A DNA stretch of 64,000 nt. Origin: Marsupella aquatica (taxonomy: Eukaryota; Plantae; Marchantiophyta). The position numbers and the translations under genes were made by a program. The number at the start of each line of letters is the position of its first letter. Position 1 is the stretch's first letter. Positions 34,734 to 47,700 of this stretch are shown in pieces. The notes below the pieces were generated by a model, which was not told the DNA's origin, searched no databases, and was given only the letters and a program-made list of their open reading frames with translations. Location: positions 6,994,184-7,058,183 of the forward strand of contig OZ316895.1 of the NCBI GenBank assembly GCA_973895155.1, written 5' to 3'.

Positions 34734-37273
34734 ATGCCGAGAGGAAGAAGGGGAGGAAGAACAAGCCCCCAACACTCACGTACGCTTGAGCTAGACCAAG
34801 TACCCTCTTGGGTTGCTGCCGAAGAATGATTATGACTTGCAGAAGAGGGGAGGTTGCCACGGGAGCTGGAAGAACAAGTTGGTGTGCCACAAGAAGAGTC
34901 TCAACACAACGAGACCATACGTCCTGACGAAGAGCCAGACGTAGATCACGTGCTAGGAGTAGGGGAGCCCTTTGTGTTGGTGTAGTCTGAGTTACGGCCA
35001 AATCTGATCCCAGAGCTCACTGCATTGCCACAAATCATCTCACACCTATCAGTATTGCCATTACCGGTGGCCCAACGTGCGCCATTACCGCCTGTGTTGA
35101 TACGGGGACCAGCTGCACCAATGGCAGCTGCTCAACGTACCCGTCTTCAGTACGTACCCTTCAAGGGAAGACCAAAAGATGATCCAGACAAATGGATTGA
35201 AGAGTTCGAAGGGATCGCTAAAGCCAATGGAGAATCTGCCCACAAGCTCACTATCATTCCCGGAATGATGAGGGGGGAGGCAGGCCCATGGTTCATCTCG
35301 TTGCTACCCAATGTGAAAGCTGATTGGGCTTTGTTCAAGCAAGCATTCTTGAAGGAGTTCCGATCTATTGGAGTGGAAGCCACATCCCTGTTGAAGGTGG
35401 GTCAACTTAGGATGAAGAAGAAAGAGTCGTTATGGAGGTTGTTGCAAAGATTCCAGAAGTTGGTACGGCGGATACAAGCCCGTACCGACGACGCTATGCG
35501 ACAAGCGTGGTTTGTAGCTGCCCTACCAAGCAAGATGGGGTTCTTTGTACGACAGGCCAAGCCAACCACATTGGCTGAGGCTATTGCAGCAGCGGAGTCA
35601 TACACTGCCACCGATGCCACGAGCAAGCGCTGCCGAAGAAAGAAGTTGAAACTTGTTGACAGTTCCTCTAGTGAGGAATCAAGTGAATCTGAGTCGGATG
35701 GTAGTGATGAATCTGAGGACTCTGAGAGCACTACGGAGTCAGACACTACGGAGTTAGAAGCTAAGAAGCGAAAGAAGAGGAAGAAGAAGTTGTCCAAGAA
35801 GGCCAAGAAGTTGACTCATCGAGAAGTTGTGCTACCCACGGTGGCCGTTACCCCATTGTCTACGGCAAGACGTCTCAAGGAGCAAGAGGCCAGGTATGAT
35901 GAGTTGATAGAGCAAATGAAAGCGTTGAAGGTGCACTTTGCAGGTCTCAAGCCAGAGAGGAGAAAGGTTCCAGTGGAGAGAGCCAACATGTGGTGCACCA
36001 AGTGCATGAAGTTTGGTCATGCCCCAAAGGAGTGTCCAGCGGGAGAACCAACCAAGGTTTTCCAAGTACGGGGAGGAGGACGTTGAAGGAGCCAACTACT
36101 CAACCTCTTCCTATGCAATGGAGGGGCCAGTTGAGTACTTCATGGAGGAGCCACCGGAGGCCAATGTGTATAGTGTGTAGCCGCTCAACTCGGGACCAAG
36201 GAGCATTCATGGGATCTCAACTAACGCTGGAGCACCCCCATATGCCAACTATTCCAACGCTACTCCCGGGAATAGGCCACCGTATCCGGGGGTAAGAAAG
36301 ATCCCTATTTGTTACAATTGTAGAGTGGCTGGCCACTACGCTAACGTGTGCCCGGAGCCCACACGTCAAGGGAATGGAGATTTTGCCCGGTTGTGTCAAT
36401 TGTGCAAGGGGGAGGGACATCTTGCACCACACTGTCCAACCTTGGAAGCAATCAAGGCTCAACAAGCCGGAGCGCCAAAGAAGAAGGGGCCACCACCCCC
36501 ACTCAAAGAAGCTAACGTCAACTTTCTTGCCACAGAAGCGGTTGACCCGCTTGAGTTCACCCCTGCAAAGGAGTTGGCCGCCAAACAGGAAGAGCCCGTA
36601 GTGGACGTTCCCAAGCAGAGGCTGGTCACCATCAAGGAGGAGTTAGTACCATCAGTCATTGTAGTATCTCCAGTTGTGGAGGCACCTTTGGTGGTCGTTG
36701 TCACTTCAGAAGTTGTTGAGCACACACGGTCCCTAAGTCATGAGTGGACTCATGCTGAAAATTTTCTGGAGGTGGACAGTGATGATGAGAGGAGACACTA
36801 CTCTTGTTACCGGGTCTCCACTCGGTCTGGGAAAAAGAAGGACAAGTCTGAACTCAAGCATAAGTACAAAGAGGTGCATCAAGCTTCCACATTGGGCACC
36901 TCACATGAACCAGAGGTGCCACCCATGGAAGATAGCAACTTTGACAGGGATAACCCCAAGTTGTTTTACCCCAAGGTGGGGGAGGAAGTACGTAAGCAGC
37001 TGGAGGAGCTAGAAGCACAAGAAATGCAAGCGGCCATCGACAAAGACCTGGAGGAGGCAAAGGCTAGAAAGAAAGCGGAGGAGAAGGTTGTTCGGTGGAA
37101 ACCGGGAGAAGAGGTCATCCCACACATACCTTCTGCAACAGCGTACAACATTGGCCAGGACATTCTGCATTGCCCGGTCACTACTACCATTGGTCAACTC
37201 TTACGTGATAGTTCCCTCTACCGCCGCCAAGTCAAGGAGATTCTTATGGGGAGGAGATGTAGAAGAAGGTTAT
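34734..37273 (+). pseudogene. gag: E1 gag, with stops and a frameshift
   Basis: Highly similar to E3 gag; TGA/TAG at former Arg/Gln codons; frameshift near 36070; cut by A3. Confidence 0.88.
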
Positions 37274-40200
37274 TGTGGTGCGTCCCATGGCTCCCCAAAC
37301 CCAAGAAACCCCCCTGCGCAGGCCGATTCCCGCCGGTTTCATCCTCGGCGAGGCCGTTTCGCGGCTTAGCGGCATGGGACGCTGCTAACTTCCTTCTACT
37401 ACTACTATTAACATTTTACACACATATACCGATGAAGGATCTGTCCCTTGTATTCCCCTCCTTTTCTTTAGGTATATTTGGATTCCGCCGTCGGAATGAT
37501 CCCCAATTGGCTTGGTTAAGCCGCTAAGACCTCTCTCAGCTCAACACATCCAACTCTCACTCCCTTGCTTACTTCCCTTCATCTATTAGTTGATGTGGGC
37601 ACTCTTCACACAAGTTAATGCGACACACAAATAGCAAAATGACTCCTTCTGACTGAGTTATACCATGCACTTGCCATACAAACAACACATCTCATACACA
37701 AGTTTTGCGAACTAAGCCGTGAGGCCAACTCTATTCAGCTCTTAGGCATGAGGAAACATGAATATACACAAGGGTCACTGTATAACTAACCAAGAGCTTC
37801 TCTTACTACTTGATCGCAGCCCTGCTGGTGCAACTAAAAACTTGCTAAGAAAGAGGCCCTGGACTCCTCGCTGCCCAGGTACTTATCCTGGAAGTGGATC
37901 CGCCAATTCTTAGTAGCGTAAGCTTAATCTATCCTACCTGTAATCTACCGAACTGTAATCTACCTAAGTATAGCGAGGCAGGAGCATAAGTGGATCCGCA
38001 ATCCCACTAATCTAAGTGTCAGGGCCGTCTCCTAGTCCTGATCCTCAGCCTAAACTTGGAGATCCGAGCCCGCCCTGCCCACTCACGCCTCCTACCTCCA
38101 CGTCCGCCCTTCCTAAAAGGAACGGCGCCCTTGCACCGTCACGACACCGGTGGTGGATCCTCAATGGACGCCCCCAACGCTTCCCTCGCAGCCACTGCCG
38201 TTGGTCCTTCCTCTGACAGATTACCTACCCCAGACCGAGTCAACTCTTCATCGGCCTGACTGGGTCCACCCTCGGCTTCGGCATCAGTATCGGCCACGGC
38301 CTCCCCGGCTATGGTTTCCTCGGCTGGCTCTAGTGGTGGGTTTGCTACCACGGCTTCATCAATAGTTGTCCCGGCCTTGGCCTTGCCATCCCCACCTTCC
38401 TTGACAGGTGGATCCATTGTCGTGACCATGCCGGAGGTTGGTGCCGGGTTTACCTCCTTGGTCACAACGACTGGAGGAGCCGTATAACTCCTAGACCCAG
38501 AAGGTTTCTGCTTCTTCTTCTTCCCTGTTTCGGCAGTTGGTCCCTTCCCTTTGCCACTTACCTCCGGCACCAGGGCGTGTGTCTCGGCTTGTCCTTCTGC
38601 CAGTACCACTCCTGGTAACGGGGTTCCCACAATTGGAGTTGGAACAGATGAAGCTAAGCACTTAAATACTGTGGCCTGTTTCTTCAGCCGCTCCGTTTGG
38701 TTGTCAGCCCGACGCTGTAAGTTCTCCATCTTCCGCGTGCTTTCCTCCAACTCCTCCTGCAATTCATCCAGGTCCTTCCTTGCCTCCTTCAGCTCCTTCT
38801 GGGCTCCTTCCAACTCTTTCTAGGCTTCCTCCAACTCTTTCTTTAAGGTAGCCCTCTCCTCCTGGGTTGCTCTCAGCTCCTTGTTGAGCTCCGTAACAAC
38901 CTCAGACTCCATTTTATTCATCTTGGCATAAGTCTGGTCGAGCTGGTCATCTTTCTTACGGAGGTCGGCCTTGAAGCTGGCCGTCATGGATGCGAGCTCC
39001 TGCCGCAGCATGATAATTGCCTGATAGGATTTCCCTAACTCGGCCTCCTTCTGCTCTAGGGCTTCGCGGATATCCTCGAGTTCCCCCTTCAACGCCCTCT
39101 CCCTTCTCTGAGTCTCTGCCATGGCCCGGTTGTTGGCTACTATGTGGGCCTCCTCTGCGTCTCTCAGCTCTCGCTTCCACTTCTCCCTATCTTTGATCGC
39201 CTCGGCCAACTCTCCTTGGGTCTGAGTCAGTTTATCCTTGATAATCTGATTATCAGATTGCGCAGTATCCAACTGCCCCTGCATGATGTTTAGCTCATGC
39301 CGTTTAATCTGTAGCTCATCTTGGGCTTTCTTGGCAGCCTTTAGGTCTTCCACCTCGGCTTCCATCTCCCTAAGCCGCTGGATGACCTCGTCCTTCTTGC
39401 TTCTCTCCAAAGCCACCGCTTCTTCTAATTGGTGCTTCTCCAATATCTCCCTCTGGAAAAAGGGTCCCTGCTCCAACTCCTCCCCAAAGATGCTGAGCGC
39501 AAGTTCCCCACACATCTCCCCATACTCCATGGCTCTATCTTTAGCATAGATGGAGTAAGTAGAAGTCATTGGCATCAACCACCTCGGCCTCTGTTCCCAA
39601 GCCGCCTTGCGGATTTCTTCTATGGTGGCAAGAGGGTTGCTTCTTTTTTCGGCAAGCCGCCTGATGTCCTCCGGCCAATCTCCTCTTGGTAAATCTTTCT
39701 CCCTAGCCAGGGCTGCCTTCTCTTCCTCTCTGCGTCGCTCCTGAAACTCTTGTGCCATCTGCTTTATGCCGTCAAAGCTCGGGGGAGCGACATCTGGTGG
39801 GGGGGACTCGGGGTTGCTCTGTTGGGTGGGATCCCCTCGAACTACTCTAAGCGTGGGGATAAAGCGGCCACAGGTTCTTACTCCTGGTACATGATGATCC
39901 GACCCATAGCCGGAGTTATCATTGCTGTAGTCCTCCACCGCCTCCTCCACTGCTTGGACTCTCGGCTTCCCCCTCTGTTCTCCTGGTCCCGCCATAAAAA
40001 CGGCCTCACAGATCACGGGCCCTGGTTCCTCCTCTGGCTTCCAGGCTATCTTCTCCCTCTGCTTTCCATGAGCAGGAGCCTTAGGCTGCTCTGCCTCCGA
40101 TTCGTGGCTGGAGGCTCCCACATACATTCGAACTCCCGGCTCGTGTTCTGGCCTCCTTCTCACCTTGGCGCATGCCAGATTGCTGCATCGGCAAGTCTTC

Positions 40201-41862
40201 TTTTCTTGGCCGAAACATCTGCTCGATCGTAGGACTGGCGGGCTGGTTGGGCTCCTCTGTTGCCGGCCTCTGCTCCGGGACTTCCTCTGGTGCCCTCGCC
40301 TGCAGGGGAAGTACTGGGGCAAAGATCTGACTTCTGGCATACCGGCACAACAGCGGCATGTGATAGCCGAGCCGGGACACGCTTCCCATGATGATCACCA
40401 GCTGTTCCTCCTTCAAGATCTTCTTTAGTTGGGTGAGGAGGTACCCGTTGTAGTCTCGGCTTGGGTCTGGCCTCTCTGCCAGGTAGACCTGTGCCTTGCC
40501 GATCTCTGCCCTCGGCAAGTTGCAATGCATGGTCACCCACAAGAAATCGATCATCTCTCCGATGTGCGGGTTGGTGCAGGTGTTGCGGAAGAAGCCATTC
40601 TTCGTTGATGGCCCTAGAAACAATCGGAACTCCTTGTCTAGCAAGGTCTTCCTGGTATCTACTTTGGTCTTATTGCCCATCGGCAAGCCAAACACTTTGG
40701 CAATCACCCGGGGAGTGAGATAGAAATCCTTCCCATACACCCTTGTGGAATTGGTCTCGGGCTCCCATGATCCCACGAATTCTAATAAGTCTGAATCCGG
40801 CACCTCCGGCTTCACTCATGGTAATTTTACGAAGGCTTCCAAGCCGGATCCGGCCATGAAGCCCTGGTACTTCTTGGTCTGCATGGCCATAAAGCATGCA
40901 TCCTCCTCCCGTGAAAAATGCAGTTGCACTTCTTCTGGTAGGGTCGCCGCCCAGCCTTTCCAGGTGTCATCATTTGTTGGAATGGCATTGATGGGATCGA
41001 CCTCCTCCTCTTTGGCTTCCGCCTGCCTCCTGCTTCCCTGCTCTGCTGGCTTCCTTGGTGCCGCCGACCTCGTTCTTTTTGCCGGGGTGGCCTCTTCATT
41101 GTTGTTTCCTTTCCTCCCGCTTTCCTCTTCATCTCGGCTGCCGTGGATGTTTCTCCTAGCATGGTTGCCTTTGTCCACCCCTTTGTGCTACCCTTCAACT
41201 CCCAGTGTATGTCGGTGCAGCGGTTGATGGCTTCCCGAATGCCGACAATCTTGTTTTCGCAAAAGAGAAGGTCGTCAAGCTGATTGGCAGTAGGAGTCCA
41301 TAAGAACTTGGCCTTGATGAATTCTCCTCCTAAGAAGGCAGATTTCTGCAGCTCCCACAGTTGAGCGAGCTCCTGCTGTTCTCGAGCTGCTCTCTCCGAT
41401 TCTTCATCCTCGTAAGTCCCAATGTACTCAGTTGCCCGTTCGAACAGGCATCCCCAAAAATATGTCGCTTGATTGACGTTGCTCATACCCTCCTTGAGTC
41501 GTTCGTTGGTATCTGCTCCCGCCTAGAGTGCTTGTCTAAGCAGCTGATAGTAGTTGGCCTCCCGTAGTCGTCTGCCCAGTTCGTGCTTGCAAATGAGCCA
41601 CCATTCCTCGCGAGCTGTCCTTACCCCTCTCCTCCTTTGGTCTTCCCTACCATTGGTTACCCCTAGCCGCCGACACTTAGTGCGCCCTAACCCTAATCGT
41701 ATTCTCTCCCCCGGCGTCCTTACTTCCAGCCTCGGCCCGGGTTCCATAGTCACCCTTAATTGTTTATATTTTCCTCATTCTTGTAACTATACTAAGGTGT
41801 TTCTAGGGTACGCTTCCGTTTTCCCACTTAACCGGCCTAGTGATTCCTGGTTAGGCATCACA
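37274..41862 (-). mobile_element. A3: third copy of the solo-LTR-like coding unit, inverted
   Basis: Same termini; TSD GTTAT/GTTAC (37269-37273, 41863-41867); the flanks rejoin to the RRRLPKVG gag-pol junction seen in E3. Confidence 0.92.
38139..41747 (-). pseudogene. A3 copy of the unit-A ORF, disrupted
   Basis: ORF pieces 41523-41753, 40827-41486, 40816-41178, 40081-40815, 38820-40340 and 38139-38813 align colinearly with the A2 protein. Confidence 0.85.
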
Positions 41863-44800
41863 GTTACCCAAAGTTGGGATTGACCCCATACAAGTCAATT
41901 GGGTCACGGAGGATTTGGGTGCCCCAGAAGTCACGGTAGATATCAACGGATGTGCAATACGGTTTGTACCGATGGATGGCGGCTCGGGAGTCAACATCAT
42001 GACCGAGGAAACAGCCAATCGATTGGGATATACGGAGTTGGAGCCACCAGCACGTGCCATGAGACTAGCGGATGGAGCACGGGTGGTGCCATTGGGGTGT
42101 CTCACCAAGATTCCAACAATGATTGGGGGGAAATCCTTCCCCCTCAACTATTTGGTGATGCGACCCGTTCGGCCATACGGTTTTCCCATCTTAATTGGCA
42201 GGCCATGGTTGTATGTGGCCAAGGTCACAAGTGATTGGGGCAAACGGCAGTTTCGGTTTGGTACCCCCACTATTACCATTCCCTGGTCGGCGGAGTCACC
42301 TCAAGGGGAGACTACCTCTATGGAGGAGCAATATGATTCAGAGGTCACCTCAGATGAGGACGAGGACAAAGAATACATGGTGAAGCTGATTTCTCATCTG
42401 ACGGAGGAAGATGTCTTTGGCCCACAAGCTGCTACCATTGAGGAGGGAATTACGGAAGTACCACTTGACCAAAGTTGTGTGGTGGAGAGGAAAACCAGGG
42501 AAGAGCCACCTACACCACCCCTAACCCAGCTTGTTGATACTCAGAAGGAGGAACAAACGGAGGAGGTGGGGCAAGAAGCTCAAGCCATTTTGTTTGACGA
42601 TGAACAAAGGGAGGAGTGGCTAAATGACCTCTTGGATGAAGAATTTAGAGAGGAGCTACTTTCACATTACAAAGAATCTGACGTGGAAAAAATGATGGCC
42701 CATGTGACAAAAGACCCACCCCCAACTCAGCCAGACCAACAAGATAGTGATGCACCGGTGTACGGAGGAATACGACTAGCACGGTTGGAGGAGACCTTTG
42801 ATGAGGAGACACGTAACAAGCTGGACGTGATCAGGCCGGAGCAGTACACAAGGGTGGAGGTGGGTGAAGGCAAGACACTCAACATTGATAGCAAGCTGGA
42901 TGCTACGGAGCAACGCACTATTCAAGAGTTGTTAAAGGAGTACCAAGATGTATTTGCGTGGAGCCACCAAGATTTGAAAGGAGTGCCACCTGAGTTTGGT
43001 GAGCATAGTATTGACTTGATGTCAAGAGCACGGCGTGTGAGGCAACGCCAATACCGTCTCAACCCCAAGTACTCACTCATGGTGAAGGAGGAGATTGACC
43101 GGTTGTTGGATGCAAGATTCATTTATCCGGTCATGCATAGTGAATGGGTATCACCCATCGTGATTGTGCCCAAGAAGAAGGGGCCAGACGGTAAGGTGAA
43201 AATATGGGTGTGCCAAGATTTCCGGAAGCTGAATGACGCCACTAAGAAGGATCACTACCCGTTGCCGTTTACTGACATTGTGTTAGATATGGTGGCCGGT
43301 TGGGAGATTTATAGCTTCCTAGATGGTTACTCTGGGTACAATCAAATCTGGATACAGGAGGAGGATCAACTCAAGACGGCTTTCACTACGGAGTGGGGGA
43401 TTTTTGCATTCCGTAGAATGCCTTTTGGGTTGTGCAATGCCCCTGGCATGTTTCAGCAACTCATGATGAATATATTTCATGACTTTTTATGGATTTCATG
43501 ACTTTTTATGGAGGTTCTTGGAAATCTTTATTGATGACTTTGCTGTCTACGGCAAACGAATCAAGCACCCTGAACACTTACGGTTGACTTTTCAGCGGTG
43601 CCGGGAGACTTGCTTGAAGCTACATCCTGAGAAATATTTCTTTGGAATTCAGGAGGGGACACTATTGGGCCACAAGGTGTCGGCTCATGGAATTGAAGTT
43701 GATCGTGAGAAGGTGGCCGTGTGGGTGGCGGTCTCCTTTCCAAGAGATGTGAAGGAGGTGCATGGCTTCTTGGGGTGTGTTGGCTACTATCGACGCTTCA
43801 TCAAGGACTTTGCCAAGGTAGCCATACCACTCACATCCATGTTGAAGAAGGGAAGTGAATTTGAACCTACTCCTTCCCGACAAGCTGCTTTTGATGAACT
43901 AAAGAAACGTTTGCTAGAGGCTCCCGTACTCATTATGCCTAATTGGAATAAGGAGTTCCACGTTTACGTAGACGTGTCAGGATTTTGCATCGGTGCCGTC
44001 TTGAGTCAGTTAGATGAGGATGGGAGGGATCGTCCCATCTACTTTGCCAGTAGGCAGTTGGCCCCAGCAAAGAAGAACTACTCACCCACCGATCGGGAGG
44101 CTCTTGGTATCATTTACGCTTGTAAGAAGTATCGTCATGATTTGTTGGGTTACAAGGTTGTGTTCCACACGGATCACAACAGCTTGAAATACATGCATGG
44201 TCAACAAGCCAGATCTGTTCGGGAGAATTGCACGTTGGGTCCTCTTATTACAAGAGTTCAACTATGAGGTGAGGGTGAGATCCGGGAAGAGTCACAGCAA
44301 TGCTGACTTCTTCTCCCGTATTGAGGGACCATCTGACTCTGAAGAGATTGATGATCGTTTTCCCGATGAAGAAGTCTTCAGGGTGACTACAGAGGCCACT
44401 ACTTGGTATGGAGAAATTTTTGAATTTCTCCGTACAGCCAAGGTTCCATTACAGTTGGGTTCGGAACGTGCAGCAGTGTTTTTACATAAGACGGGGCCCT
44501 ACTTGCTTGTGAAGGGAGTACTTCACAAATACGGGATGGATGGACGCCTTCGCCGTTGTTTGGAGGAAGCTGAGATACGTACCGTCATGGCAACACTACA
44601 TGAGGAGGAAGCAGGAGGTCACTTTGCTTAGGAGACAACTGCTAGAAAGATACTAGATGTGGGATATTGGTGGCCAACTCTTTTTCGGGATGTGCACCGG
44701 TACATCCAGAGATGTGACCCCTGCCAACGCCAAGGGAAACCTGGCCCCTCCTCACGACATGCATTGGTGCCAATCCTCCCTCTTGCCCCATTTGAGAAGT

Positions 44801-45738
44801 GGGGAGTGGACTTCATTGGTCCGTTCACTCCCATCACACGGAGGGGAAGGAAGCGGTATATCATCCTAGCTACGGACTACGCTACCAAGTGGGTGGAGGC
44901 CCGAGCGACTGCAAAAGATGATGCCAACACCACGACACATTTTTTGTATGAGCAGATTTTTACACGGTTTGGCCCACCCTTGGTGCTGGTAAGTGGCAGG
45001 GGTACTCATTTTCTGAATCATACAATCAAGCGTCTAACGGAGAACTATTTGGTCTCCCATAGGAAGACCACCTCGTACCACCCACGAGCCAACGGGCTCA
45101 CTGAGAGAGCAAACGGGATCATGGGCAAGATTCTCAACAAGACGGTGTCAGCTCACAAGACAGATTGGGATTTGAAGTTCCTGGCTGCCACTTACGCCTA
45201 CAACCTGGCTCACAAGACCACCACTAGTCACAGCCCCTACTTCCTTGTGTTTGGTCAACATTCTCTTGTGCCGGTGGAATTTGAGGTGCCCACCATTCGA
45301 ATCTTGACACGGGAAAGGGAAGGGGAAGAAGTAGTGTAGCTGCACGGATCCAACAGTTGGAGCACCTTACGGAGGTAAGAGAGGAGGCTTTGACTCGCAC
45401 GGAGCAGCAACAAGGCAAACAAAAGTTGCACTACAATTCCCGGCCCGCTGTGTGTCCATTGAAGAGGGGGATTTGGTGCTCCTCTACGATAGTCGTTTCA
45501 TGCATTTCCCCGGGAAGTTACATACACGTTGGATGGGGCCCTACGTTGTCGATACGGTCTACTCCAATGGGTCGGTTCAACTCAGGACGCTGGAAGGGCA
45601 ACTACTCAACACACGGATCAATCAAGAATTTACCTAAAGAAGTACTACACAGAGGAGGAGTATGGTGCTCGCGGGGGCGCTTCACAATTAAAAGAGGAGC
45701 TATGTGACGGGGTTCCCGTCACTGAAAATCCTCAATAA
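41863..45738 (+). pseudogene. pol: E1 pol, disrupted
   Basis: Same domains as E3 pol. Lesions: ~19-bp duplication at ~43474-43511, 4-bp duplication at ~44192, TAG at 44629-44631, further frameshifts in the integrase. Confidence 0.92.
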
Positions 45739-46612
45739 TTGTTTATTGGGTTGTGCCATGTAAATAACCATTGTAAATAAGCCGTTTTTTTGTTTTTTAG
45801 TTAATTATGTCATTATCGGTTGCTATGCCCCGGAGGTCTCTACTTACTTTTATATCCTAATAGTTCGGATGCCTAAGGCTCCCCAGCAAGCAAGAATGTT
45901 GGGATCTTTAAAATAGGGTCGATCTAATCGGACACCCCGTTTCCCTTAGGCCATTATTTCCTTGTTATTTTCTTGAGACCCCAATAGCCAGGTCGTGGTG
46001 AGGGGTGCTTTGATGTGTTGTTTTGAGTATTTAGGGGGAGAGCCCCGTAGTAGTGAGGGGGGGAAGTCAGTCTAGTGTTTGCTTAGGGAAGTTAGCTCAT
46101 AGCCAGAAGAGGGAATCAAGCCAGAGTAATGAGGTAGAGGTGTAGCACTTGCCCCAGTGAGGTAGTAGTTGGGCAGACGGCAGGAGGCCGGGTTGTCCTT
46201 GCAATGTGTTACGACATTTTGCCAAAAGATATGCATTTGGTTTGATTCCTCAAGTTTTGGTGTGGTGTTACCTTTTATGGTTCACGATTGTGTTCTTTCC
46301 CCAAGAAGCGTCTAAGGAATCCTTGCACGGTTTGGTCAACCATGTGAGTAGGAGGGGTGGTGATAGCACTCCACCAATGACCAGTAGGAGTGTGTGTGTG
46401 TGGCGTAGTCCATGGGACCTGATCAAAAGCAGAGCAGCTAGTCGGTAGACTTGATCAAAAATTACATTTCTGGGAGCAAAAATAAACATACTCATCCTAC
46501 ATGCAATAGAATCCTAATAGCGTCCCTCCACATTCCCATCATACGATAACAAACAATTTTAGTAGGAGTAAATACATATTTGTCGTGTAAATCGTTTGAT
46601 AAGTAGGTGACA
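45703..46612 (+). repeat. E1 3' LTR (910 bp), preceded by PPT aaaagaggagcta
   Basis: TGTGACGGGGTTCCCGTCAC...AGGTGACA; matches the 5' LTR pieces. Confidence 0.88.
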
Positions 46613-46787
46613 ATCATCCTGGTTGGTAGAACCAGCCCATTTGCCAGAGAACACAGCTTGTACCTGTAAGTAGTGGGTAATTCCAAAAGCATGAAGAAAC
46701 TGAAAATTTTTAAAATTTTTATGGTGTTTAGACTGCAATTATTGCTAACTATAATTGAAACAGCATTCAAAGTTACTAAGTTCCTAA

Positions 46788-47700
46788 GTTACGAGTAAAC
46801 TCAGTTTACGAGTTTACTAGTTCACTGCTTTACGAGTTATGCCTTAAGAGTTGGCGACCCTGTGATTGTGACATCTTACGACTAGTTCAACGGGACTCCA
46901 CAACGGATGAAGAGCTCACCTTGAAAGGGAAGGAATGCAAGACATAGGCGCTCATTACTGACTTCTCTTCCACCTTACCTCTCAAACTTTGGCCAACTTC
47001 AACTGATATTTCAGAGATGTCAAATGGAGGCTTCACCCTTTCTATTCCAGGATGTTGAACTCTGTTGAGTTCCTATACCATTATCCCCAAGTATATGCTG
47101 CTACCTGTAACAACTATGATGTAATTGGGATGTACAGAGAAGCTCTTCGTATAGATTCATGCTACTTAATGAAGAGAATGCCTTTGATGTACCCTGAGAG
47201 ACAACTGAGATGTCTACCTTACTCCAGAGGATCCCCACGCCAAGCTGAGCTGATAGAGGCTACCCAGAATCGAACTATTACCCTTGTGGAGTTACTAGAA
47301 CCAGAGGACATCCGACAGCAAGCTTGAAGAAGTCTTTAAGTGTTCTTAGTTAGTTTTAAGAGTAGTGCATCTTATCTGATTTTTAGAAATATGTTCTAGA
47401 GCTTTAAAATCTGTCATACTTCTTTAGCATATAGTCTATACTTAGGAAAGCCTTCTGGCAAAATTTGAGGCTTTTCTGAGCTACGAGTAAGAAGTTAAAA
47501 ATAGTTGAATTCATCAAGTCTTTACTTTACCGCGATTACGAGTTACGAGTCAATGACTTTACGAGTTTACATCTTTACGAGTTTACGTTTTTACGAGTTT
47601 ACTAGTTTAAGAGTTACTAGTTTATGATTACGAGTTTCGACAGATTTCCGATTACGAGTTTAATAGTTTACGAGTTTACGAGTTTACTAGTTTACGAGTT
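46788..47700 (+). repeat. Two clusters of degenerate TTTACGAG repeats
   Basis: Clusters at ~46788-46885 and ~47480-47700 (tttacgag/tttactag/ttacgag). Confidence 0.75.

Larger units (their letters stand above)
1570..46612 (+). mobile_element. E1: Ty3/gypsy non-chromovirus (Athila/Phygy-like) LTR retrotransposon, decayed, host of nested insertions
   Basis: 5' LTR pieces 1570-2098 + 34371-34475 match the 3' LTR 45984-46612. PBS at 34495, gag-pol 34734-45738, purine tract before 45703. The start of the 5' LTR is missing, so no TSD can be confirmed. Confidence 0.88.

Noticed and set aside
36325-37527. 400-aa ORF as a gag fusion with a novel C-terminus
   Set aside because: It is gag reading fortuitously into the inserted A3 terminus.
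47480-47700. CRISPR-like or telomeric array
   Set aside because: Short degenerate 8-mers with no unique spacers, and not TTTAGGG; eukaryotic context.
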